From positions 1,504,001 to 1,568,000 of the forward strand of contig OZ242005.1 in NCBI GenBank assembly GCA_965204725.1: a stretch of 64,000 bases of DNA, in the 5' to 3' direction. Below are positions 48,140 to 56,474 of the stretch, in pieces (the stretch's first letter is position 1; every line of letters starts with the position of its first letter). The notes beneath the pieces are model-generated. The model was not told the origin of the DNA. It made no database searches and saw only the letters and a list, made by a program, of their open reading frames with translations. The position numbers and the translations under genes are program-made. The stretch comes from Candidatus Latescibacterota bacterium (GTDB taxonomy: Bacteria; Latescibacterota; UBA2968; UBA8231).

Positions 48140-51061
48140 TCAGGCGTCAATCCGCGTCTTCTTGCCGCCGTGGACGCTTGGCTCGGCGCACCATTGGTCG
48201 CGCAAAATGGCGAGCGGTTCGAGGGCGGCTTCGGGCAGGTGCAATAGGTCGATCAAGACGGCGTGGTCGAGGGCTTGGCGAGCGTCGTCCCGATACGCCT
48301 CGTTGGCTGGGAGAAACGCCGCGTCCTTGAATCGCTCAAAGATCGCCTCGGCTTGGGCTAGCTGCTCTTGGCTGAGGGAACGCGGGTCCAAGACCGTCAG
48401 GCGGGGCAGTTGAGTGATCGTGAGACACGCCCGGCCCTGCTGCTGGCGGGTTCCGACCCACCAGAAGGCGAGGAGGCCCAGCGTCGTGTTGGACCACAAG
48501 ACGAGGGGAGTGGTCCAATCTTCTCGCTCTAAAATGAAGTTAGGCCATGCCCGACCGCCGATGGCTTTGGCCGGTGTGAGGCAGGCGGTGAAGCTTTGCG
48601 AGTTGATCCGAAAATCTCGGTTAAAGTGTAGCCGCGAGGCTGTCGCCTTCCAGACTCTAACGGGGTGGTCGTCGCAGCCGGGCCGCACCTCGCCTTCGCT
48701 ATCGGGCAGGACGACGAGACTCCGTTCGTTCTGAGCAGAGTGATTCCACAACACTGGGTACTGGGGCACCCCTTGAATGGGGATGATGTTAAACGGCCCT
48801 CGCGGACCACCCTTGCTGTCTTTTCCGTTAATGTCCATGTGGTATAACCCCCTCTCGCCAAGGGACCCGAGGGGAGTCGTGGAAAGCGGCGCGGCATACC
48901 CTTGGGGGAGGCCGAGCATCCCTTTCTCTAATTTCATGGCCGTGGCGGCCAGCGTCGTTTCACGGAGAGACGCACAGCCGCCTTGGGTCAGCGGTGCCCG
49001 GATGTACGTGCCGATGGTCTCGCGGTCACCCACACAGAGCCGCCCCTGCTTCGCTTGAGACGGGAGGCGATGTACCGCCCGCGCCATCTCGAAAGCCTCC
49101 GCGAGATTGTGCGGCCGGTGACGGAGATTGACAAATAGCGTTTCTCTGTGTTCCTCGTTTTGCCCATCGCGCTGCTTGGTAGCCACTACGAGTGCTTCGG
49201 CCATACCTGTATCTGCCGAAAAAGCCCGATCCGTCGAACCGTGCGTCGCAATCGTCAGCACGGTCAAATCCTCGTACTCGCGTTCCAATAAGCGACGGAC
49301 CTCTCTCCAAGAGTCACCGTTCACACAAGCCGCTGGCAGCACTAATGCGAGGACACCGCCCGGCTTGACCTTGACATGGGCGAGATCGATGAAGTTAGAG
49401 GCCAACCCTGCGTTGCCGTCTCCAATTACGTAGCCCCCCTTCTTCTTCAGATTCGTGCAAATTTTCTTTAGGCGAGCACTCATTTTTCTCTGCTCGTCTT
49501 CGCTGGTATCGAATCCGGCAAAGGCGGGGACGGGAATGCCCACCTTGGAACCCTCCTGCCCCGTAGGTCTCGTAAAGGGCGGGTTCATAATCACCAGATC
49601 CGCCGTTTCGCGGGGGAGGATCATGTCTTGGCTCCCCTCGGCTTCCACATCCTCGCCCGTGCCGTGCGCCACGGTGACACCAGTCCCAAACAGCGATGGC
49701 GCGGTGTCATCCTCAATCAGGTCGAGTGCGCCCAGTGCCATAGTATGCCGCTTTTCCGCGCTCTGCTGTCCGTAGGGCAGAGTGTGGACGCGGGTGTGTC
49801 CAAAGGTCGTCCCCGGATGGGCGGACGAGAGCATGGACGCGGTCAGGTGGGTGGCCGCTGGCATGATGTCGGCCGCGACGAGGGCGCGTTCCATCATTTG
49901 CCGATGCAGCGTCTGATCGTCGCCGCCGGTCCGCCGATGCCGTGCCGATAGAGCGCGATACGCCGCCGAGAGTAGGGCACCCGTGCCACAGGCTAAGTCC
50001 GCGACTTGCAGGCCGATGAGAGCGTCCGGGTCGGACCAATCCGTCTCTGCGTCGAGACGAGCCACGGCCAACTCGCCAAGCAGGGCCGCCGAGGTCGGCA
50101 GAGTGTAGAAGGTGGCGAGGAACTTCCGGTCCGCGATGAGCCGTTGGAACATCCGCCCGGAAAGATCGTGCAAGGTCGTTGCGCCCAAGCCCGCCAAATC
50201 GCTGGCCGCTTGCGCGAGGCGATTGAGGACCGCATTGGCCGTGCCGTCGGGAATGGGCAGCAGCAAATCGGAGGCAATGCGAAAGATCGGATAGTAGTTG
50301 ATGTCATCGAGGATGCGCTGCCAACAGGCCAGCAACCGGCTCTTGCTGACATCGTTGCGCCCCGGAATACGCAATTCGTCGATGGTGTCGATATTGTGCG
50401 CTTCAACAATAGCGGTATGAAAGACGAGCGCGTTGGCGACGATAGCCATCGCCATGCGCGAAGTTTGCTCGCCATCCTCTTGGTAGAGGAACTGCGCCAT
50501 CTTCTTGAGCGTGTGCGGGCCAGCCGTTTCACGCAACTCGCCGCTGGCCTCGCCAATGCTCTGTTCGAGAATCTGCGTTCCCTCCGCCAGCAGTCGCTCA
50601 GACAGCGACACGTTCTCAATACAACTCGCCAGATCGTCAATCGTGCCGACGAGCCAGCCGGTGGCCGGCCAGCGCACGGCCCTATCCGCTGCTTGCAGGG
50701 CGTGTGTGCAATAGCGGAACTCGGCATCCCTGATCGCCCGCTCCAAGTCTTGCTGCGGCACCTCACTCAGGTCTTGCGGAATTTGAACGGCGATGGTTTG
50801 CTCAATCTGGGCACCCTGATACTGCAAGAATTGCCCCAAGCGTTTGCGGGCATCTTCTTCGACGCTGCGCGCCGGTTCAAATTCGGTTTCGAGGACGACC
50901 GGGATGCCGCCCGGCGGGCGAATGACGATGTCCGGCCGTTGCGCGATCTCGCGGACGACGCCCTGTTGCTCCGCCCCGGTGCGGTCGCGCCAACGCGGAT
51001 GCTTAGTCCGCAGCACATTCGACAGGGCGACATTAAAGGCGATTTCGTTGGTTCGGGGCAC
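48140..51061 (-). CDS. Type IIG-like restriction-modification fusion (PD-(D/E)xK + N6-adenine MTase + TRD)
   Basis: N-terminal 'RPDIVI...VVLETEF', 'TFYT', 'DLACGTG' (motif I), 'IMNPPF' (motif IV), long C-terminal specificity region. Confidence 0.8.
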   Translation of the reverse strand: MPRTNEIAFNVALSNVLRTKHPRWRDRTGAEQQGVVREIAQRPDIVIRPPGGIPVVLETEFEPARSVEEDARKRLGQFLQYQGAQIEQTIAVQIPQDLSEVPQQDLERAIRDAEFRYCTHALQAADRAVRWPATGWLVGTIDDLASCIENVSLSERLLAEGTQILEQSIGEASGELRETAGPHTLKKMAQFLYQEDGEQTSRMAMAIVANALVFHTAIVEAHNIDTIDELRIPGRNDVSKSRLLACWQRILDDINYYPIFRIASDLLLPIPDGTANAVLNRLAQAASDLAGLGATTLHDLSGRMFQRLIADRKFLATFYTLPTSAALLGELAVARLDAETDWSDPDALIGLQVADLACGTGALLSAAYRALSARHRRTGGDDQTLHRQMMERALVAADIMPAATHLTASMLSSAHPGTTFGHTRVHTLPYGQQSAEKRHTMALGALDLIEDDTAPSLFGTGVTVAHGTGEDVEAEGSQDMILPRETADLVIMNPPFTRPTGQEGSKVGIPVPAFAGFDTSEDEQRKMSARLKKICTNLKKKGGYVIGDGNAGLASNFIDLAHVKVKPGGVLALVLPAACVNGDSWREVRRLLEREYEDLTVLTIATHGSTDRAFSADTGMAEALVVATKQRDGQNEEHRETLFVNLRHRPHNLAEAFEMARAVHRLPSQAKQGRLCVGDRETIGTYIRAPLTQGGCASLRETTLAATAMKLEKGMLGLPQGYAAPLSTTPLGSLGERGLYHMDINGKDSKGGPRGPFNIIPIQGVPQYPVLWNHSAQNERSLVVLPDSEGEVRPGCDDHPVRVWKATASRLHFNRDFRINSQSFTACLTPAKAIGGRAWPNFILEREDWTTPLVLWSNTTLGLLAFWWVGTRQQQGRACLTITQLPRLTVLDPRSLSQEQLAQAEAIFERFKDAAFLPANEAYRDDARQALDHAVLIDLLHLPEAALEPLAILRDQWCAEPSVHGGKKTRIDA

Positions 51062-51128
51062 GGTTCCTTCTTGACGGTTCGGCCGCAGTGGACGATCAGG
51101 GGCGGTTCAAGCTCAAATCCCCGACTCC

Positions 51129-51596
51129 CTAGGTGCTTGGGCCGCAGGCTCCATCCCCTAGGTCTGACGGCGCGGGGTCATAGGTTTTTAGGAAGATGTC
51201 GTGCTTGCACGGATACCACTCGCCGGAGATCCCCTGAATAAGCCAGTCGCCCGTCCTGAACACTTGGATGCCCTCTAGCGTCTCGATGTACCCGTCGATG
51301 ATGGGGCTGTCCTCGTTGCGGTTGACTTGGAGCTTCCGATTTTTTGCTATCGGCAGATTATCGAGCCGGTCCCACTCGGCAGGGGAGGCTTCGCCGACCC
51401 GGGTCGCTTGGATGGTCTCCGGCCTTTTCCGATAGGATTTCAGCTCATACGGAGCAGGGACGCCCAAGGGCATTTGCGGGTTTTCGGCACCTTTGGGCAT
51501 GGGAATAGGATTCTTCATCTTGGGTATAATCCTATTCTCACCGAGTGCGATCTCGGCCGACCTTTTTGGGGACGTGGGGCTATTCTTCTTTTTCAT
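51129..51596 (-). CDS. Phage-type PGDYG-like small protein with Pro/Lys-rich N-terminal extension
   Basis: 'YRKRPETIQA...IETLEG....TGDWLIQGISGEWYPCKHDIF.KTY' matches a common phage hypothetical family. GAGGAG RBS. Confidence 0.65.
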   Translation of the reverse strand: MKKKNSPTSPKRSAEIALGENRIIPKMKNPIPMPKGAENPQMPLGVPAPYELKSYRKRPETIQATRVGEASPAEWDRLDNLPIAKNRKLQVNRNEDSPIIDGYIETLEGIQVFRTGDWLIQGISGEWYPCKHDIFLKTYDPAPSDLGDGACGPST

Positions 51597-51597
51597 C

Positions 51598-52125
51598 TTA
51601 ACTCTCCTCTGTAGCATAAGCCCTAGCATAGAGCGCGAAATATGCCTCTGTTCGTCTTGATGCTTCGGTTTCGCATTTTGGTCTTGTCGGCAGGGACTGG
51701 CTCTTAAAGTGTTCGTTGACGGCTTCTTGTTCCCGCCGTTTTAGGTCAATGCGTAAGGCGAAAATTTCCTCATCTGTACGTTTTCCTTCAAATACTGAAA
51801 ACCACTGACTTTCCGCGTCGAGGGCAAGTTTTTCCTGTTCGTTACAAAGCCCCCCGAGTGCCTTAGCGCGTTTCTGAAAGGGCAGGAGATGCTTGACAGC
51901 ATGAACTACCTGTGAGGCTGCAATTAACCCACCCCAAATCATGCCGTATTCATCCCAAATAGCCCATCCCGCAATGCTCGAACTAGAGGTGATAGCTAAA
52001 AATGTCTGTATCCGAGTATCCCATTTTTCCAAGAGCATCCGATAGGTGCTCAAATAATAAACACCAAACCTGAGTTGCACTAAGGTATCCCAGTATAGAC
52101 GCTGATAGTTCAAGTTGCGCTCCAC
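51598..52125 (-). CDS. Two-TM SLATT-like membrane protein
   Basis: Helix, then two hydrophobic segments ('FLAITSSSSIAGWAIW', 'IWGGLIAASQVV'), then a charged helical tail. Confidence 0.55.
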   Translation of the reverse strand: MERNLNYQRLYWDTLVQLRFGVYYLSTYRMLLEKWDTRIQTFLAITSSSSIAGWAIWDEYGMIWGGLIAASQVVHAVKHLLPFQKRAKALGGLCNEQEKLALDAESQWFSVFEGKRTDEEIFALRIDLKRREQEAVNEHFKSQSLPTRPKCETEASRRTEAYFALYARAYATEES

Positions 52126-52148
52126 CTGCTTTTTACTCCGTCACACGC

Positions 52149-53513
52149 CTATAGCCCTTTGATGTAGAGGTCTGAGAAAGGCTTCGTCAACGACTGTTTG
52201 ACTTCTGCCAGCACCGCATCCATGTCGTCGTTCCATTCGGCGTCCGGCGGAAATTTATTTAACCTGACCAGCTCCCGATCTTCCGGGTTTTCCTTTACAT
52301 GGACCTCAAGCCACTTGAGGATCGTCATGCTGTGGGTAGAGACCACCACGTTGACTCCCTGACGGGCTAACTCAAAGAGGATCGCCGCCATCTCAACTTG
52401 CCAAGCCGAATGGAGATTGGACTCCGGTTCATCGAAAAAAAGAAAAGAGCCGCGCTCTAAGGCCCCTCGTTCAATCAACAGGGCCAGCATTCCTAGGTTT
52501 GCAACGCCCGCCGACGCGAGGGAGAGCGGAATCGACTTGCCGTTTTTTTGAAATTCAAGATCACCTGCTTCGCTCAGCGCAATTTTTCCGCCAATCGCAT
52601 CGTGCAGCCTGTTGTGGATTCCGGTGAGAGGATGGTTTATATGCGTCCTTCGGAGGGAGGCGGCTAGGTCGTAGAAGTACGCTGGGACGCCATTCAGAGA
52701 ATGCTCTAAAGGGGAACGCGAGCCGAGCTTAATCGACTCCAGAGGGTTTTTCAGTTTCCAATAAAACGGAGATTCTAAATAGAAGACTTCGGGAAATGAT
52801 GACCCGTTTTCAATGATTTGCGGGCTGGGAATGAATCCGAGCTCGGAGTCCACTTCTGTCCGTAATTCGCCTACGCCTTGGACGCTGAAATACAAGGGGG
52901 AATCTCCGTCCCCTTTAAGCGTTAAAAAGTCAGACACTTGAAAATTTCCATATATATTCTGGCGAAACTTGTAAGACCATCCGAGGCTAATGGCGTCTTC
53001 TACGTCGCTAAAGCTCTCTTCCAAATGATTTATGATGGTTGTGAGGGCGCCGTGCATATCAGATGAAGAGGCGTGGCCACCGGCTTTTCTCGTTTTAATG
53101 TCATTTTCGAGGGCGTGTAAGTGGCCCTTTATTTCCTCGCTCTCAGCCATCAATACAGGATGCACCGACTTGAGCGCGTCGAGTTCACTTTGGTTCGGAT
53201 GACTTGGATATGCCTTCCGCAGGATAGAGTCGATTTTTTCTACCCCCTTTCTAATGGCGGACAAGGAGTGTGTTCCTCGCTCACTATAATAGCCTTGCAA
53301 AGTCGATTCGGAGATAGAGGTAATCAAATAAGAAAGTGATTCAAAAGATTCTAGGGCATGATTTGCATTCCGCGCATCAAGCGTCGAATACAGCATCTTC
53401 GACACGAGCGTCTTGCCGGTATTGTTCGGCCCGGCGAATACCGTGAACGGACCAACTTGGACGGTCGCCTCGCTGATTGGCCCCAAGTTCGCAATTTTTA
53501 ACTCAAGGTCCAT
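52149..53513 (-). CDS. Soluble ABC/AAA_15-AAA_21-type ATPase (defence/TA-associated type)
   Basis: Walker A GPNNTGKT, signature 'LASAG', Walker B 'FFDEPESNLH', H-loop 'STHS'. No TM partner. Confidence 0.85.
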   Translation of the reverse strand: MDLELKIANLGPISEATVQVGPFTVFAGPNNTGKTLVSKMLYSTLDARNANHALESFESLSYLITSISESTLQGYYSERGTHSLSAIRKGVEKIDSILRKAYPSHPNQSELDALKSVHPVLMAESEEIKGHLHALENDIKTRKAGGHASSSDMHGALTTIINHLEESFSDVEDAISLGWSYKFRQNIYGNFQVSDFLTLKGDGDSPLYFSVQGVGELRTEVDSELGFIPSPQIIENGSSFPEVFYLESPFYWKLKNPLESIKLGSRSPLEHSLNGVPAYFYDLAASLRRTHINHPLTGIHNRLHDAIGGKIALSEAGDLEFQKNGKSIPLSLASAGVANLGMLALLIERGALERGSFLFFDEPESNLHSAWQVEMAAILFELARQGVNVVVSTHSMTILKWLEVHVKENPEDRELVRLNKFPPDAEWNDDMDAVLAEVKQSLTKPFSDLYIKGL

Positions 53514-53528
53514 AAGCCCCTTCCTTTA

Positions 53529-53670
53529 TTAAAAGCGGTCTGAAGACTCTGGTGGTCGTCCCTTGCGTCTAAATGATCCCGACTGGATTCCCGCGTTCGC
53601 GGGAATGACGGATCTCGTCTCTACGGCTTGTCCAACACGCCCCAAGGTGGATTTTCAGACAGCCTCTTAG
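53529..53670. mobile_element. Putative MITE carrying a dRS3/REP-like hairpin
   Basis: Hairpin ATTCCCGCG-tt-CGCGGGAAT(GAC) at 53587-53609. Imperfect terminal IRs TTAAAAGCGGTCTGAAGA and TTTTCAGACAGCCTCTTAG. Confidence 0.5.
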
Positions 53671-53707
53671 GGCCTTTGTGTCCGCCGCCCGTCCCATAGC
53701 TGGGCGA

Positions 53708-55090
53708 TTAGCTGGCGATCTGGTCGCCAAAGAGGGTGTGCGAGGTGGTGCGGGTGATGCGGATGGCTACGAGATCGTTGTGCGCGGCGGGTTGCGGGAA
53801 AATCGCTGTCTTGCCCTGTGGGGTGCGGCCGTAGTAGCGGGGCTGACCGTCGGCCGCTGGCCGCTTGGATGGGCCTTCGACGAGGACCTCGACCGTGCGA
53901 CCGACGTACCGCTGGTTGATCTGGCGCGAAATATCCTCTTGCAGGGCGATGATGTGCTGGAGGCGCTCGCCCTTGACGGCTTCGGGGATGTCGTCGGGCA
54001 GCTTCTTGTGGGCGTAGGTGCCCTCGCGTTCCGAGTATTTGAACATGAAAGCCGAGTCGTAGCGGATCTCTTCCATTAGATCGCAGGTCTGGCGGAAGTC
54101 CGCGTCGGTCTCGCCGCAAAAGCCGGTGATGATGTCGGTCGTCAGGGCGAGATCGGGCAGGGCCGAGCGTAGCTTCTGCACGAGCCGGCGGTATTGATCG
54201 ATGGTGTACCCGCGACGCATGCGAGCGAGTTGGTCGTCCGAGCCGCTCTGTACCGGCAGGTGTAGGCTCGGGCACACCGAGCCGACCTCGGCCATGGCGT
54301 GGATCACGCGGTCGGTAAAGTCAACCGGATAGGGCGAGGTGAAGCGCACCCGCTCAATGCCATCGACTTGGCTGACTCGCCGCAACAAATCGGCGAAATC
54401 CACGTTGCCAGCGCGGTAGGAATTAACGGTCTGCCCGAGTAAGGTAACTTCTCTAAAGCCCTCGGCGGCAAGGTGCTGTACTTGCTGCACAACCTCGTCC
54501 GCGGGGACGCTGCGCTCCCGGCCGCGCACAAAGGGCACAATGCAGAAGGTGCAGAATTTGTCGCAACCGCGAATGATGGTCACCCAAGCGTTGGTGCCGG
54601 TTGTGCGCTGGGGATGAACGCCGCTGTAGTTTTCAGAGCGGTCGAGCCGCACGTCTAAGAGCGCGTCGTCGCTGGATTGGGCGAGAAGCTGAGGCAGGCG
54701 GCGGTAGGAATCCGGCCCCATGACCAGATCGACGAAAGGAGCGCGGTCGGGCAAGGTCTTGCTCAGGTGTTGGGCCATGCAGCCGAGGATGCCCAAGGTG
54801 AGGTTGGGGCGGTGGGCGCGGAGCCCGTTGAGCTGGCTGACGCGGCCAATGACCCGCTCCTCAGCGTGTTCGCGCACCGCGCAGGTATTGAGCAGGATGA
54901 TGGCGGCCTGCTCGGCTCGTTCGGTAATCTGAAACCCAGCGTCGGCGAGGATGCTGGCGACCAGCTCGCTGTCGGCCACGTTCATCTGGCAGCCGTAGGT
55001 TTCGATGTACACGCGGCGGCCCGCTGGCCCAGGGCGCGTGGCCACGGGCTGGTATTCGGCTGTGGGGGCGTTGAGAAGGGGCAAGTTCAT
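53708..55090 (-). CDS. miaB: tRNA-2-methylthio-N6-dimethylallyladenosine synthase
   Basis: 'ETYGCQMNVADSE', 'NTCAVRE.AE', radical SAM CDKFCTFC, 'HLPVQSGS', TRAM domain. Confidence 0.93.
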   Translation of the reverse strand: MNLPLLNAPTAEYQPVATRPGPAGRRVYIETYGCQMNVADSELVASILADAGFQITERAEQAAIILLNTCAVREHAEERVIGRVSQLNGLRAHRPNLTLGILGCMAQHLSKTLPDRAPFVDLVMGPDSYRRLPQLLAQSSDDALLDVRLDRSENYSGVHPQRTTGTNAWVTIIRGCDKFCTFCIVPFVRGRERSVPADEVVQQVQHLAAEGFREVTLLGQTVNSYRAGNVDFADLLRRVSQVDGIERVRFTSPYPVDFTDRVIHAMAEVGSVCPSLHLPVQSGSDDQLARMRRGYTIDQYRRLVQKLRSALPDLALTTDIITGFCGETDADFRQTCDLMEEIRYDSAFMFKYSEREGTYAHKKLPDDIPEAVKGERLQHIIALQEDISRQINQRYVGRTVEVLVEGPSKRPAADGQPRYYGRTPQGKTAIFPQPAAHNDLVAIRITRTTSHTLFGDQIAS

Positions 55091-56406
55091 GGGCGCGCTC
55101 CAAAAGTTAGCTCTTCGCGGGCTTGCTCAATCTGCACATCCACGAACTCGTTGGGTGTGGCCGAGCCAGCGAAAAGGACCTTGACGTAGTTGTCGCTCAA
55201 GCCGACCTGCAAGCCGGTCGCTCGGTCGGGGCGTCCCTCGGCGAGGACTGGGAGCGAGCGGCCGACAAAGCGCTGGTGGAAGGCGAGCCGCTTGGCGGCA
55301 CCGAGGGCGATGAGGGCTTGGGCCCGCTCCTTTTTGACCGCGGCGTCTTGGTGCTCGGGCAGCCGCTCGGCCGGGGTGCCGGCGCGCTGCGAGTACGAAA
55401 ACACGTGGAGATAGGTCAACGGCAGATCGGCCAACAAGGCGCGGGTCTGGGCAAAATGCGCGTCGGTTTCCCCGGGAAAGCCCACCATGACGTCGGTGCC
55501 AATGGCGCAATCGGGGATGCGGCGGGCGATTTGCTCAATCCGCTCGGCGTAGTAGGAGCGAGTGTAGCGCCGCCCCATGCGCTTGAGAATGAGGTCGTCG
55601 CCGCTTTGCAAAGGCACGTGAAAGTGGCGGCAGATAGCCGAGGAAGCCGCGGCGCGGTCGATCAGCGCGTCGGTGACGTAGCCCGGCTCAATGGAGTTGA
55701 GGCGGATGCGCGCCAAGCCGTTGATTTGCTCTAGGGCTGCGAGCAGCTCGACGAGTGCCTCGGGCTGGCCTTGGTCATGGCCGTAGCGCCCGGTGTGGAC
55801 GCCGGTTAGGGCCAGCTCGCGGTAGCCGGCCGCGACCATGCGCTCGGCTTGGGCAATGACTTCGGCGGCGGGGCGGCTCGCACTAGGCCCGCGCACGGCC
55901 GGGATGATGCAATAGGTGCAGTGCTCGTCGCAGCCGTCTTGGATTTGCAGGCTGCCGCGGGTGCGGCCTTGGGGCACTGCGCCGTCAATGGCGAGAAATT
56001 GCTCGGTGCGCGGCCTCGTGGCCGAGGGCGCGGGGAGCTCGATGCCGGCTAGATGCGCTTCGAGCAGCTCGACGAGCTGGGCCTTCTGGCCGTTGCCCAC
56101 GACCAAATCGGCGCCGGCCGCTGCGAGGTCGGCCGGCCGCCGCTGGGCATAGCAGCCGGTGGCGACGACCTCCGCGCTGGGATTGCGCCGCCTTGCGCGA
56201 CGCACCGCCTTGCGCGAGTCCGCATCGCCGGCGCCGGTGACCGTGCAGGTATTGACCACGTACACGTCGGCTTCCGAGCGGAAGGGCACGATGGAATAGC
56301 CGCGCTCGGCGAGGCGGTGGGCGAGGGCTTCTACTTCGTAGGCGTTGAGCTTGCACCCCACGTTTTGCAGGGCCACGCGCGTATTTGCGGATGTTGGAGT
56401 GCTCAT
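55087..56406 (-). CDS. mtaB: tRNA t6A methylthiotransferase
   Basis: 'GCKLN.YE', 'NTCTVT..GD..SR', 'IQDGCDEHCTYC', 'HVFSYS.R.GT'. Confidence 0.88.
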   Translation of the reverse strand: MSTPTSANTRVALQNVGCKLNAYEVEALAHRLAERGYSIVPFRSEADVYVVNTCTVTGAGDADSRKAVRRARRRNPSAEVVATGCYAQRRPADLAAAGADLVVGNGQKAQLVELLEAHLAGIELPAPSATRPRTEQFLAIDGAVPQGRTRGSLQIQDGCDEHCTYCIIPAVRGPSASRPAAEVIAQAERMVAAGYRELALTGVHTGRYGHDQGQPEALVELLAALEQINGLARIRLNSIEPGYVTDALIDRAAASSAICRHFHVPLQSGDDLILKRMGRRYTRSYYAERIEQIARRIPDCAIGTDVMVGFPGETDAHFAQTRALLADLPLTYLHVFSYSQRAGTPAERLPEHQDAAVKKERAQALIALGAAKRLAFHQRFVGRSLPVLAEGRPDRATGLQVGLSDNYVKVLFAGSATPNEFVDVQIEQAREELTFGARP

Positions 56407-56474
56407 AAGTACCTAAAGGGAAACGAGATAGATAATAAAATTAAGGATGGCCCTTCACCGGGGCAATGGGCCGT

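Noticed and set aside
51129-51596. Prophage remnant
   Set aside because: A single phage-type gene with no structural, replication or integrase genes around it.
45843-53513. Integron cassette array
   Set aside because: Genes are co-oriented, but I found no repeated attC-like (RYYYAAC...GTTRRRY) sites and no integrase.
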